Counted from the stretch's first letter, positions 17,372 through 26,313 are shown. The stretch is 64,000 nt of DNA from Candidatus Omnitrophota bacterium (GCA_030681595.1 JAUXSB010000008.1:89587-153586), one strand, 5' to 3'. Program-made: numbers and translations. The notes: generated from the sequence alone by a model not told the origin.

Positions 17372-18691
17372 ATGGGAAAAAGAAATAGACTTTATAATGA
17401 AGCAAATGTTCTTCCTGATAATTTGGAATTAAATGATGAATTCGTAGGCACCTTTAATTTAATAGAAAATACGACTGACAACATTTTTATTACCGGCAAG
17501 GCAGGTTCTGGTAAATCAACCCTCCTTAAATATTTTAAAAAAAATACCTCAAAAAATGTTGCCGTTTTAGCTCCGACCGGTGTTGCGGCAGTAAACATTG
17601 GCGGCCAGACAGTACACTCTTTTTTCAGATTTCCTCCTCGCTTAATTCAAAAGGGCAATATCCGTAGAAGACGTAACAGCGAAGTTATTCAAAAACTCGA
17701 TACAGTAATAATCGATGAGGTTTCTATGGTGCGCGCTGACCTCATGGACGGAATTGACCATGCGCTTAGAATAAATCGGGACGAAATGAAGCTGCCATTC
17801 GGTGGCGTCCAAATGGTATTTTTTGGAGATTTGTTTCAACTTTCTCCTGTAGTAGAGAAGGAAGCGCGAGATATTTTGGAACAGCGATATGGTAGTCCGT
17901 ATTTTTTTAGCGCAAAGGTTTTTAATAAACTAAGGCTGCGATATGTGGAATTGAGTAAAAATTACCGCCAATCAGATGTTCAATTTATTAATTTATTGAA
18001 TAAGATCCGGAATAAAACTCAAGGGGTTGATGACCTTAATAAGCTAAATGAAAGAGTGAGAAATATAATTCCAAGAGATTCTAAGCACTATGTTATTTTA
18101 ACGACTACCAATAGCCGCGCCAATGTGGTAAATGAAGGAAAATTAGCCGATCTAGTTGGCAAAGAATATAAATATGAAGCCGCTATTACTAAAGAATTTA
18201 ATGAATCTGCTTATCCAGGGGAACATTGTTTGAGGCTTAAGAAGGGCTCACAGATTATTTTGATAAGAAATGATCCAGATAAAAGATGGGTTAATGGCAC
18301 CATTGCTCAGATTGTGGCGCTATCTTCAGACACTATAAGAGTTTCTATAAATGGGAGTATTCACGAGGTGCCAAAATCAAGCTGGGAAAAGATTGAGTAC
18401 GAATATAATCGAGACGAAGATAAAATTGAAGAACGAATAATTGGCACCTTTGAACAGTATCCGATAAAACTCGCTTGGGCAATTACCATTCACAAGAGTC
18501 AGGGGCAAACTTTTGATAACATTGTTATAGATTTAGGAGCCGGAGCCTTTACTCATGGCCAGGTATATGTTGGCCTTAGCCGCTGCACTTCATTGAAAGG
18601 CATTATCTTAAAAAGGCCAATATTTGCCAGGGATATTATTTTTGATGAAAGAGTCCATGAGTTTAGAAGCAGATTTCTGAATTTAATATAA
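17372..18691 (+). CDS. Pif1/RecD-like SF1B DNA helicase
   Basis: Walker A GKAGSGKST, Walker B VIIDEVSM, FFGDLFQLSPV (Pif1 motif III-like) and TIHKSQGQTFD. Track start TTG 17318; first in-frame ATG is 17372. Confidence 0.7.
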   Translation: MGKRNRLYNEANVLPDNLELNDEFVGTFNLIENTTDNIFITGKAGSGKSTLLKYFKKNTSKNVAVLAPTGVAAVNIGGQTVHSFFRFPPRLIQKGNIRRRRNSEVIQKLDTVIIDEVSMVRADLMDGIDHALRINRDEMKLPFGGVQMVFFGDLFQLSPVVEKEARDILEQRYGSPYFFSAKVFNKLRLRYVELSKNYRQSDVQFINLLNKIRNKTQGVDDLNKLNERVRNIIPRDSKHYVILTTTNSRANVVNEGKLADLVGKEYKYEAAITKEFNESAYPGEHCLRLKKGSQIILIRNDPDKRWVNGTIAQIVALSSDTIRVSINGSIHEVPKSSWEKIEYEYNRDEDKIEERIIGTFEQYPIKLAWAITIHKSQGQTFDNIVIDLGAGAFTHGQVYVGLSRCTSLKGIILKRPIFARDIIFDERVHEFRSRFLNLI

Positions 18692-18746
18692 AAAACGGGT
18701 AATTCCGAATTCCGTTGGCACGTACCTAATTTAGGAGATTTTTCAG

Positions 18747-19400
18747 ATGCGCATATTACTTATATCTTCAAGTCCGCATAAGGAAAAAAGCCAGACCTTT
18801 TTCCTGGCAAAAGAGGTAGCTAAAGGATTTCCCAGTTCTGTAATAATCGAAATCATACATCTCTGCGATTACAAGATTGAGTTTTGCCGCCATTGCGAGA
18901 GCTGTCATAGAAAAATTATGCTTTGCCCGATAGAAGACGATGCCGGCATAATTTTAGAGAAAATGCTTAAGGCCGAAGGGATAATCTTTGCCTCGCCAAA
19001 CTATATAAATCAGATTACTGCTTCAATGAAGGCGCTCTGGGAACGCGCAGGCCATTTTATCCACTGCCGGCGGCTCTTAGGCAAGTATGTTGTGGGTGTC
19101 GTTTCTTCGGGAAGTGGTGAGGATAGAACTGTTTTAGATTATATTCAGCACTATGCCAATATCTGCGGGGCTCTGTATACGGGAGGTGTTTCTTCTCGCG
19201 CGCCGATTAACAAGGAAACAAAGGAAGAAGCCCGTAACTTAGGCGATAAGCTAATGTTGGATATCCAGGAAAAGAGAGTTTCCTCAGAACAGATAAAAGT
19301 TATTGAGGAGTTTAAGGAGCATTTTGCGGATATAATCAAGATGAAAAAAGATGATTGGAAAGAGGAGTATCATTACTGGCTAAATAAGGGGTGGTTATGA
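18747..19400 (+). CDS. iron-sulfur flavoprotein (Isf-like, NADPH-dependent FMN reductase fold)
   Basis: Flavodoxin-like fold with compact Cys cluster CRHCESCHRKIMLC (Cx2Cx2Cx6C), typical of Isf. Confidence 0.6.
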   Translation: MRILLISSSPHKEKSQTFFLAKEVAKGFPSSVIIEIIHLCDYKIEFCRHCESCHRKIMLCPIEDDAGIILEKMLKAEGIIFASPNYINQITASMKALWERAGHFIHCRRLLGKYVVGVVSSGSGEDRTVLDYIQHYANICGALYTGGVSSRAPINKETKEEARNLGDKLMLDIQEKRVSSEQIKVIEEFKEHFADIIKMKKDDWKEEYHYWLNKGWL

Positions 19401-19523
19401 ATATCTTACTTTTTTTTGGCGGGGCATCGCGCCCGCCTGACTTCATTCGGGCAGGCAAAATCTAATCGCCAGCCACCGCCGAATGGCGGGGTGCCGCCAA
19501 CGGCGGCATTGGCAGATTTTGCT

Positions 19524-19550
19524 TGACAAAATATAAAAAGATGGTATACT
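19524..19550 (+). promoter_or_regulatory. sigma70-like promoter TTGACA-N15-TGgTATACT for the cold-shock gene
   Basis: TTGACA at 19524-19529, extended -10 tggtatact at 19542-19550. Gives a roughly 170-nt 5'UTR. Confidence 0.5.
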
Positions 19551-19583
19551 CGTACCAGTAAATAAGAGTTTAGAAGTCTGAAG

Positions 19584-19619
19584 CCGTAAGGGTAGGATAT
19601 CTGACCTTGCGGTTTTTTT
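19584..19619 (+). terminator. attenuator-like hairpin (8-bp stem with G-U pair) plus T7 inside the csp 5'UTR
   Basis: ccgtaagg...ccttgcgg followed by ttttttt. Confidence 0.4.
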
Positions 19620-19725
19620 GTTATTGTCATTGTTTGCCCAGTTAGGAATCTATGATTCTGGCAGGTAAAGATGATGTGGATTTCTAGCCGGTTTACTAAA
19701 TTTTGAGAAAAGGAGGTAGCAAGCA

Positions 19726-19926
19726 ATGGCAAAAGGAACAGTAAAGTGGTTCAGTGACCAGAAGGGTTATGGATTCATCACCCCCGAAAACGGAAAAGAT
19801 GTATTTGTGCATCATTCCGCGATCCAGGGCGATGGTTTTAAATCTTTAGCAGAAGGCCAGCAAGTCGAGTTCAATATCGAACAAGGCTCTAAAGGCGAAC
19901 AGGCTACAAACGTAGTGAAGCTGTAA
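19726..19926 (+). CDS. cspA: cold-shock protein (CspA family)
   Basis: [18 protein letters not shown] with RNP1/RNP2 motifs; 66 aa. RBS aggagg upstream. Confidence 0.92.
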   Translation: MAKGTVKWFSDQKGYGFITPENGKDVFVHHSAIQGDGFKSLAEGQQVEFNIEQGSKGEQATNVVKL

Positions 19927-19942
19927 ATCTGGAATAAAACAA

Positions 19943-19976
19943 GGCCCGGCATCTTTTTAGATCCGGGCCTTTTTTT
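19943..19976 (+). terminator. intrinsic terminator of csp
   Basis: ggcccgg-catctttttagat-ccgggcc followed by ttttttt. Confidence 0.75.
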
Positions 19977-20007
19977 ATAATTAAGTGGCATTGAGTGAAA
20001 GGATGCG

Positions 20008-20736
20008 ATGCAAATATTTGTAGGTAATTTATCGTTTGCTTCTACTGATGCAGAGGTAAAGGAGCTTTTTGAAGGTTTTGGGAGTGTTGCTTCTGTTGTA
20101 ATTATAAAGGAGAAAAACGGAGTTAAGTCCCGGGGATTTGGCTTTGTGGAGATGTCCCTCGATCAGGAAGCACAAGCTGCCATCGCCGCTTTAGACGGCA
20201 AGGAGTTTATGGGCCGGCCTCTAAATGTTAGCCCGGTGCGCCCTAAAACGCAAAATGAGAGCCGCGCCGATGAAGTAAAAAATATGCAGGCAAAGATTAA
20301 TGTTAAAACCGAAGCGTATCCCGAGGAACATTTTCAGCAGGAGAAAACACAAAAGGATAACCGGTTTAGTCCGATTTCTAACAAAACGGGCGGATATAAA
20401 AGAGGAAGGCGTTCGCTCAGCTTTTTGAAGAAACGCGCCGCCGCCGGCATTATTGAGGAAGAGATTAAGCCTCGGATAAAAAGTCATGAGAATCCTATGC
20501 GCTGGCGAAAAAGACAAGGCCAAGACAAGCCTTGGCATAAAGGCCGCAGTACGCCTGAACCCGGACAGAGAACTGAGGGCGAACATAAACCTGAAAGAAG
20601 AATTGAGGGAGCCTTTATGCCTTGGAAGAAATCCGCAGGTGGTTCTAAACCTTTGCGTAAGAGTGATGCGCGTAAGTACCATTCCTCGTTTAAAAGCCGC
20701 AAAAGACCCGGCGGCTATAAAAGAGGTGTAGGTTAG
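20008..20736 (+). CDS. RRM-domain RNA-binding protein with long Arg/Lys/Gly-rich C-terminal tail
   Basis: RNP-2 IFVGNL and RNP-1 RGFGFVEM, then a low-complexity basic tail. Confidence 0.7.
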   Translation: MQIFVGNLSFASTDAEVKELFEGFGSVASVVIIKEKNGVKSRGFGFVEMSLDQEAQAAIAALDGKEFMGRPLNVSPVRPKTQNESRADEVKNMQAKINVKTEAYPEEHFQQEKTQKDNRFSPISNKTGGYKRGRRSLSFLKKRAAAGIIEEEIKPRIKSHENPMRWRKRQGQDKPWHKGRSTPEPGQRTEGEHKPERRIEGAFMPWKKSAGGSKPLRKSDARKYHSSFKSRKRPGGYKRGVG

Positions 20737-20804
20737 TAGAAAGTTAATTCTCTTGATAGATGTTTTGTTTAGTAGTAAAATTAATAAAATAACCCAAGGG
20801 TGTT

Positions 20805-22538
20805 ATGCATTATTTTACCGAGCAAAACATTTTTATTTTTCTGGTACAGGTTTTTTTGCTTTTGGGGTTAGCTAGGGCGGCGGGAGAGTTATTCCGCAGG
20901 TTCAGGCAGCCCGCACTCACAGGAGAAATTTTAGTAGGTGTAATTTTAGGCCCCACCATTTTTGGCAGGTTCCTGCCGAATTTATATCAGAACATTTTCC
21001 CGCAGGATATCACGCAGAAGAATATGCTTGAGACGGTAATCTGGCTAGGGCTTTTATTCTTCCTTTTGGAGACAGGCCTGAAGATGGATTTTTCCAGTGC
21101 CTGGCGCCATCGCGGCAAGGCGCTTACCATAGCACTTACCGGTATTATTGTGCCGATGGCTTTAGGTTTTTTTGCCTGCCTTTTATTGCCGGAGCATTAC
21201 TTGGTAAATCCCCGAGAGCGGCTGGTTTTCGCCTTTTTTATGGCGACCGTAATGACGATCAGCGCGATGCCGACTGCCGCGCGCGCCTTAAACGATTTGG
21301 ACTTAGCTAAGACCGACTTGGGTTTTTTGATAATGTCGGCACTCTCGGTGAATGAAATTATCGGCTGGGTGGTTTTCGCGTTTATTTTGCATTTTCTTAA
21401 TCCCGCAGAGAGTATTCAGGCGCAAAAAATATTTCTGATTTTTTCCGGCATTGTGGCGGTAATCATTTTTTGCCTTACCTTCGGCCGCAGGTTTAGCGAT
21501 TTTGTAATTTCCAAGATAAAGGAGTATGGCCTGCCTGAGCCGGCGAGCTCTTTGACTTTTATATCTTTGCTGGGTTTTCTCTGCGGGGCGATATTTCAGA
21601 AAATAGGCGTAAGCGCCCTCTTAGGATTTTTTATCGCCGGCATAATGGCAGGGGAGGCAAGGGCGCTTTCGGAAAGAACACGGCAGGTAATTTCCCAGAT
21701 GGTTTATGCCATATTTATTCCGCTATTTTTTGCCGGAATCGGGCTTAAGGCGGATTTTGTAAAACATTTTGATGTTGGCCTTGTAATTTTTATCGCGGGC
21801 TTAGGGATATTTGGGAAGTTTTTTGGGGCATGGCTAGGTGCCTTATTCAGCGGGCTTGCCAAAGAAAACATAATGCCGCTTGCTATCGCGCATACCCCTG
21901 GCGGCTCAATGGAGATCGTTATCGGAATTTTAGCTTTGCAATACGGCTTGATTAATGAAGTAGTATTTGTGGCGATAGTCTCAGGAGGTATAATTTCATC
22001 ACTTATCCTTGGGCCGTGGTTAAAATACGTAGTAAATAAGCGCAAGGAAATAAGTATTCTTGAATTTTTCTCAAAGCGCGTTGTAATTGCCGATTTAAAG
22101 TCAGGAGAGCGCAACGGCGCAATCCATGAGCTCTGCACAGTTATTGCCGAGCAGGGAAATACTCCACATCCGGATACTTTATATTCTGCGGTATTGCGAA
22201 GGGAAAATACAATGGGTACGGCAATAGAAGAGGGGGTGGCTATTCCGCATGCGCGCCTTGGTTCTTTGGTTAAGCCGATAGTCGCTTTCAGCAGGTCAAA
22301 CCGTGGTATAGAATGGAATTCTCCCGATGGAAAACCCACGCATTTTATTTTTTTAATCCTTACGCCAAAGGAAGACGACTGGTCGCAGGTTGAGATATTG
22401 CGGATTATTGCCAAGGCAATGAGCGATAAGAATGTAAGCCAGGCAATAGCAAAGGCAGGCGACCATAATGATCTGTGGCAGGCGCTTGAGCATGCCTTTA
22501 CCCAGCACCGTATTGCAAGGAAAGGGAAGGGCAAATAA
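20805..22538 (+). CDS. CPA2-family cation/proton antiporter fused to a C-terminal PTS EIIA(Ntr)-type domain
   Basis: About 12 TM Na_H_exchanger-like core. C-terminal domain has the phospho-His motif GVAIPHARL and the EIIA-2 pattern. Confidence 0.62.
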   Translation: MHYFTEQNIFIFLVQVFLLLGLARAAGELFRRFRQPALTGEILVGVILGPTIFGRFLPNLYQNIFPQDITQKNMLETVIWLGLLFFLLETGLKMDFSSAWRHRGKALTIALTGIIVPMALGFFACLLLPEHYLVNPRERLVFAFFMATVMTISAMPTAARALNDLDLAKTDLGFLIMSALSVNEIIGWVVFAFILHFLNPAESIQAQKIFLIFSGIVAVIIFCLTFGRRFSDFVISKIKEYGLPEPASSLTFISLLGFLCGAIFQKIGVSALLGFFIAGIMAGEARALSERTRQVISQMVYAIFIPLFFAGIGLKADFVKHFDVGLVIFIAGLGIFGKFFGAWLGALFSGLAKENIMPLAIAHTPGGSMEIVIGILALQYGLINEVVFVAIVSGGIISSLILGPWLKYVVNKRKEISILEFFSKRVVIADLKSGERNGAIHELCTVIAEQGNTPHPDTLYSAVLRRENTMGTAIEEGVAIPHARLGSLVKPIVAFSRSNRGIEWNSPDGKPTHFIFLILTPKEDDWSQVEILRIIAKAMSDKNVSQAIAKAGDHNDLWQALEHAFTQHRIARKGKGK

Positions 22539-22541
22539 ACC

Positions 22542-23234
22542 ATGTTTAGAATATCGCCTACAACAGGTTTAAACCTTTTTAAGGGATGCCCGCGTTGTTT
22601 TTGGCTGCATTATAACCGAAAGATTGCGCGCCCGCGCGGAATTTTTCCCTCTTTACCCGGCGGGATGGATTTAGTGATTAAGGAATATTTTAATGCTTAC
22701 CGCGGAAAACTTCCTCCGGAACTTGAGGGTAAAATAAAAGGAAAGCTTATGCCGGATTTGGCACTTCTGGAGAAATGGCGCAACTGGAGGACCGGCCTTG
22801 AATACTGCGATAAAGCCTTGGATGCGGTTTTGTTCGGCGCGCTCGATGATTGCCTTGTTGAGGGAGATTTATATATTCCGCTTGATTATAAAACTAAAGG
22901 CAGCGCCCCTAATGACGGCGATTCTGAAAAATATTACCAGACGCAGTTAGACAGCTATGCCTTTTTATTAAGCGCAAATGGCTACCGTACGGCAGATTTT
23001 GCCTATTTAGTTTATTATTACCCCGCAAAGGTAGAAAAAGACGGAATGGTGAAATTTAACATCAAGGCATGCGAAATAGGGACCAGTATTACGCGGATAA
23101 AAAAACTTTTTAGCGAAGCAGTCGAAGTGCTTAAAGGCGCGATTCCTAAGGCGGCGTATACCTGCGAATATTGCTCATGGCATAATAGCCGCCTGAGTGC
23201 CGAAGATAAATACTTCGGCAAATCGCTTATTTGA
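22542..23234 (+). CDS. Cas4/RecB-like PD-(D/E)xK nuclease, standalone
   Basis: N-terminal SPTxxxxxFxxCPRCFWLHY (Cas4 CPR motif), GALDD (motif II), IPLDYKTK ((D/E)xK), QTQLDSY (QxxxY) and a C-terminal CEYC pair, 4 Cys in total. Start lies 4 nt after the antiporter stop. Confidence 0.5.
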   Translation: MFRISPTTGLNLFKGCPRCFWLHYNRKIARPRGIFPSLPGGMDLVIKEYFNAYRGKLPPELEGKIKGKLMPDLALLEKWRNWRTGLEYCDKALDAVLFGALDDCLVEGDLYIPLDYKTKGSAPNDGDSEKYYQTQLDSYAFLLSANGYRTADFAYLVYYYPAKVEKDGMVKFNIKACEIGTSITRIKKLFSEAVEVLKGAIPKAAYTCEYCSWHNSRLSAEDKYFGKSLI

Positions 23235-23279
23235 TATTAAGTTTGCTGTTTTAGCGGATATTCTATCCGCAAGCGCCAT

Positions 23280-23669
23280 ATGGATAGAAAAAAGCTTGCC
23301 CTCATACATATTATTAAAAAAGAGCTGAACTTAAGCGACGCTGAATACAGAGATATTTTACGTAATGCCTGCGGTGTGAATAGCGCGAAAGAATTAGACG
23401 AGGGAAAGTTCAAAAAACTAATGCGCTATTTTGTGCGCAGTAAATATTACCGGGTTAATTCGCACGGCTTGACCTTAAGGCAAAAACTGTATATCCAAAG
23501 CCTTGCCCAAAAATTAGAATGGCTGCCTGAACACCTGCGTAATTTCACCCACAAATACTATCATAAGTCTGACATGACACAGTTGACAAAAGAAGAAGCG
23601 AGCAGGCTCATTGAATCCTTAAAAAATATCAGAGTTCACGCTTCCATTAAAGATGAGGGGTTACGTTAG
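23280..23669 (+). CDS. GemA-like (phage Mu gp16, DUF1018) small protein
   Basis: Pattern LALIHIIKKELNLSDAEYRDILRNACGV.SAKEL....FKKLMRYF resembles the DUF1018/GemA consensus. Assigned from memory of that family. Confidence 0.35.
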   Translation: MDRKKLALIHIIKKELNLSDAEYRDILRNACGVNSAKELDEGKFKKLMRYFVRSKYYRVNSHGLTLRQKLYIQSLAQKLEWLPEHLRNFTHKYYHKSDMTQLTKEEASRLIESLKNIRVHASIKDEGLR

Positions 23670-23779
23670 CGCAAGGCTATGCGAATTGGTATGATGTGCC
23701 GGATGAAGAGGTAATTGAGGCAATGAACAGATTTAAGATTGAAAATTAATCATTTTACTATTAGAATAAAGGTCAATAG

Positions 23780-24700
23780 ATGAGCGATAATCGTGATGTT
23801 GCATACGCCGCGTTTGGTTTTGTAGCCGGTATCTGCGCTTTTTTCTGGGGATTTAACCGGCTGCGCAGGAAAAGATTGATTGAAAATATTCCTACTTCTA
23901 CGGTGCGCGGCATGGCAATGGGGCTTGTGGAGATAAGCGGCAAGGCAAAGAAAGTTACATCGCTTAAAAGCCCCCTTACACAGACCGAATGCGTTTTGTT
24001 CCAGTATAAGGTGGAAGAGTATCGAAAAAGCGGAAAATCCGGTTCATGGGTAACCATTGCTTCCGGAAACAGTTTTGATTGCCCTTTCTGGCTTGAGGAT
24101 GAGACCGGAAAAATTATGGTTTTTCCCAAAGGAGCGGAATTTATCTGGCCGCTTGATTTTCAATCCAGGACAGGGTTTGGTATTGAAATGCCTTATACCT
24201 TGACTAATTTTATGGTAAACAAGGGTATTAATTACAAGGACTTTTTTGGTGTGCGGCCGCTACGTTTTAGCGAATGGTTTATCTGTGAGGGTGAGACAGT
24301 GTATGCCCTTGGTTCTACCAAGAAAAGGGAGGGAACAACTAAGATTTACAGCGAGCAGATTATACGGCGTATTGAAAAATTAAAAGAAAATAAAGAAAGA
24401 ACGAAGGAAATAGACTTAAATAAAGACGGCCAGGTTAGTATAGAAGAATGGGATGGGGCGGTAAGGAAAATTGAGGCGGAGGTATTAAAAGAAGCGCTAA
24501 ATATAGATCAGGCTGATAATGTTTATGATATTATAATTACAAAAGGTGATACGGAAAAAATATTTATTATTTCTGACCAGAGCGAAAAAGATTTGACTAA
24601 AAAATTAACTCAGCAATCTGCGTTAGGAATTTACGGTGGAGGATTTTTAAGCGTAGCTACACTCGCGTACGTATTATTTAGATTAGGATTTTTTAACTAA
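23780..24700 (+). CDS. membrane protein with N- and C-terminal TM helices and an EF-hand loop; GIDE-like LemA partner (tentative)
   Basis: TM at residues about 10-30 and 280-300. Canonical EF-hand loop DLNKDGQVSIEE. Sits immediately upstream of lemA. Confidence 0.35.
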   Translation: MSDNRDVAYAAFGFVAGICAFFWGFNRLRRKRLIENIPTSTVRGMAMGLVEISGKAKKVTSLKSPLTQTECVLFQYKVEEYRKSGKSGSWVTIASGNSFDCPFWLEDETGKIMVFPKGAEFIWPLDFQSRTGFGIEMPYTLTNFMVNKGINYKDFFGVRPLRFSEWFICEGETVYALGSTKKREGTTKIYSEQIIRRIEKLKENKERTKEIDLNKDGQVSIEEWDGAVRKIEAEVLKEALNIDQADNVYDIIITKGDTEKIFIISDQSEKDLTKKLTQQSALGIYGGGFLSVATLAYVLFRLGFFN

Positions 24701-24714
24701 GAAAAGGGGGTAAT

Positions 24715-25287
24715 ATGGTTGCGGCGATAATAGGGTTTGTACTTTTATTATTGGTAGTTGGGGTTTTGCTTTATTTTGTTTCAGTTTACAACGGCTTGGT
24801 GCGGCTTGCGCGCAACATTGAAAAGGCATGGGCGAATATCGACGTTTTATTGAAGCAGCGCCACGACGAGGTTTCTAAATTAATTAAAATCTGCGAAGGA
24901 TACATGAAATATGAAAGAGAAACCTTAGAAAAGATTACCGCAGCGCGTACCGTTTGTATGCAGGCAAAGGGTGCAAAAGACTCAGCCGCCGCGGAGAATC
25001 TGTTGAGCGGGGCATTAAAGACGCTCTTTGCGGTTGCGGAAAATTACCCCGATTTAAAGGTAAATCAGAATTTTCTGCAATTACAGGAACGGGTCAGTTA
25101 TTTAGAAAATCAGATTGCCGACCGCAGGGAATTTTTTAATGACTCGGTGAATGTTTATAATATCCGTATAAACCAGATTCCTGATATGTGGGTGGCAAGG
25201 CAAATGAGCCTTGTGCCTAAAGAAATGTTTAAGGTTGGCGAGGAAGATAAGAAAGACGTTGAGATAAAATTTGACTTTCCAAAATAA
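24715..25287 (+). CDS. LemA-family protein
   Basis: N-terminal TM, then LemA-typical helices (NGLVRLARNIEKAWANIDVLLKQRHDEV...). Confidence 0.75.
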   Translation: MVAAIIGFVLLLLVVGVLLYFVSVYNGLVRLARNIEKAWANIDVLLKQRHDEVSKLIKICEGYMKYERETLEKITAARTVCMQAKGAKDSAAAENLLSGALKTLFAVAENYPDLKVNQNFLQLQERVSYLENQIADRREFFNDSVNVYNIRINQIPDMWVARQMSLVPKEMFKVGEEDKKDVEIKFDFPK

Positions 25288-25309
25288 CTATAGTTTTTAT
25301 TGACTGTCT

Positions 25310-25804
25310 ATGCAAATAAAAAAGGAAAGAAGAAAATATCTTAGATACAATACTGAGGTTAAGATTTATTTTCATGTAAACTACGACCTTAAAACTAAAG
25401 TAAGGTTTCAGGTTTTAGATGAGAAAGAAAGCATGCTGCTATCAAAGAAATACCCCGCTTTAAGCAGAGACGTCAGCGCGGAGGGTTTGCGTTTTAATTC
25501 GGGTAAAGAGCTTAAGAAGGGAAATAGCCTTTATTTGGAAGTGTATTTACCAAGGAAGAAACGGCCTGTGCGTATGACAGGCCAGGTCAGGTGGTCAAAA
25601 AAAGTTTTGGGCTCCGGCTCCGGTAAAAATAAATTTGATACAGGGGTAAAATTATTAACTGTTTCGGGTAAGCCTGTTTCTAACTCAATTTATTTCGATA
25701 ACGAAAGCAGGGTTATCTGGAGCACGGTTTTGGATTCTGTCTTTGGCAGCTTCCGTAAGCTGATGCAAAAAAACACAGTTCCGCGGCGAGGTAACCGATT
25801 ATGA
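25310..25804 (+). CDS. PilZ-domain protein
   Basis: RRKYLRY (RxxxR) and RDVSAEGLRFNS (DxSxxG). Confidence 0.58.
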   Translation: MQIKKERRKYLRYNTEVKIYFHVNYDLKTKVRFQVLDEKESMLLSKKYPALSRDVSAEGLRFNSGKELKKGNSLYLEVYLPRKKRPVRMTGQVRWSKKVLGSGSGKNKFDTGVKLLTVSGKPVSNSIYFDNESRVIWSTVLDSVFGSFRKLMQKNTVPRRGNRL

Positions 25805-26280
25805 CAAGCAAAATTATACGAAGGCTAAATAAAAAAGTTGAGCGCCGGCGTTTTTTACGGCATTCGATGTGTTTTCCGCTTAGCTTTAGAGTAGCCCATG
25901 GAAGAGAAGGTAAAATCACAAAAGAAGAGATTTCCCTGACTAAGGATGTAAGCTGGGGAGGTTTATTGTTTTCGGCAAAGCACCGGGTTGAAAAAGGGAC
26001 CCCTATCGTTATAGCCATGCCTGTGCAGGATAAGATATTTAAAGTTAAGGCGAAGGTTGCGCGTTGTGTGATTAACCCGGACGCGAAACTTTATGATATC
26101 GGTGTTTATTTTCAAAGATTCAGCGAAGCGTTTAAGGTAAAATTGATTGAACAGATGTATCTAATCAGCGAATACCGGGAGCTGCGCAGTGTAGAGTTAG
26201 GCAGGATGCTGTCTATGCAGGAGGCTTCTGAGGAATGGATAAAACGCTATTCAGCGAGGTTTCAAAGGATTTATTGGTAA
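25801..26280 (+). CDS. PilZ-domain protein
   Basis: ERRRFLRH and TKDVSWGGLLFS motifs. Overlaps the upstream PilZ gene by 4 nt. Confidence 0.55.
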   Translation: MTSKIIRRLNKKVERRRFLRHSMCFPLSFRVAHGREGKITKEEISLTKDVSWGGLLFSAKHRVEKGTPIVIAMPVQDKIFKVKAKVARCVINPDAKLYDIGVYFQRFSEAFKVKLIEQMYLISEYRELRSVELGRMLSMQEASEEWIKRYSARFQRIYW

Positions 26281-26313
26281 TTTAAGATTATGAGTTTAGC
26301 ACGGCAATAATAC

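Noticed and set aside
19418-19440. ggcggg...cccgcc hairpin after the flavoprotein gene as an intrinsic terminator
   Set aside because: The T-tract precedes rather than follows the stem on the plus strand, and on the minus strand the stem is followed by A's. It is not a canonical terminator in either direction.
19406-19732. 108-aa minus-strand ORF covering the csp leader and GC-rich island
   Set aside because: It overlaps a strong plus-strand promoter and 5'UTR, has no start signal, and its composition is driven by the GC-rich hairpins. The region is more likely a regulatory non-coding element.
23678-23749. Possible small ORF or frameshift product YANWYDVPDEEVIEAMNRFKIEN after the GemA-like gene
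   Set aside because: There is no in-frame start codon and no obvious slippery site linking it to the upstream frame. It is probably a random open stretch.
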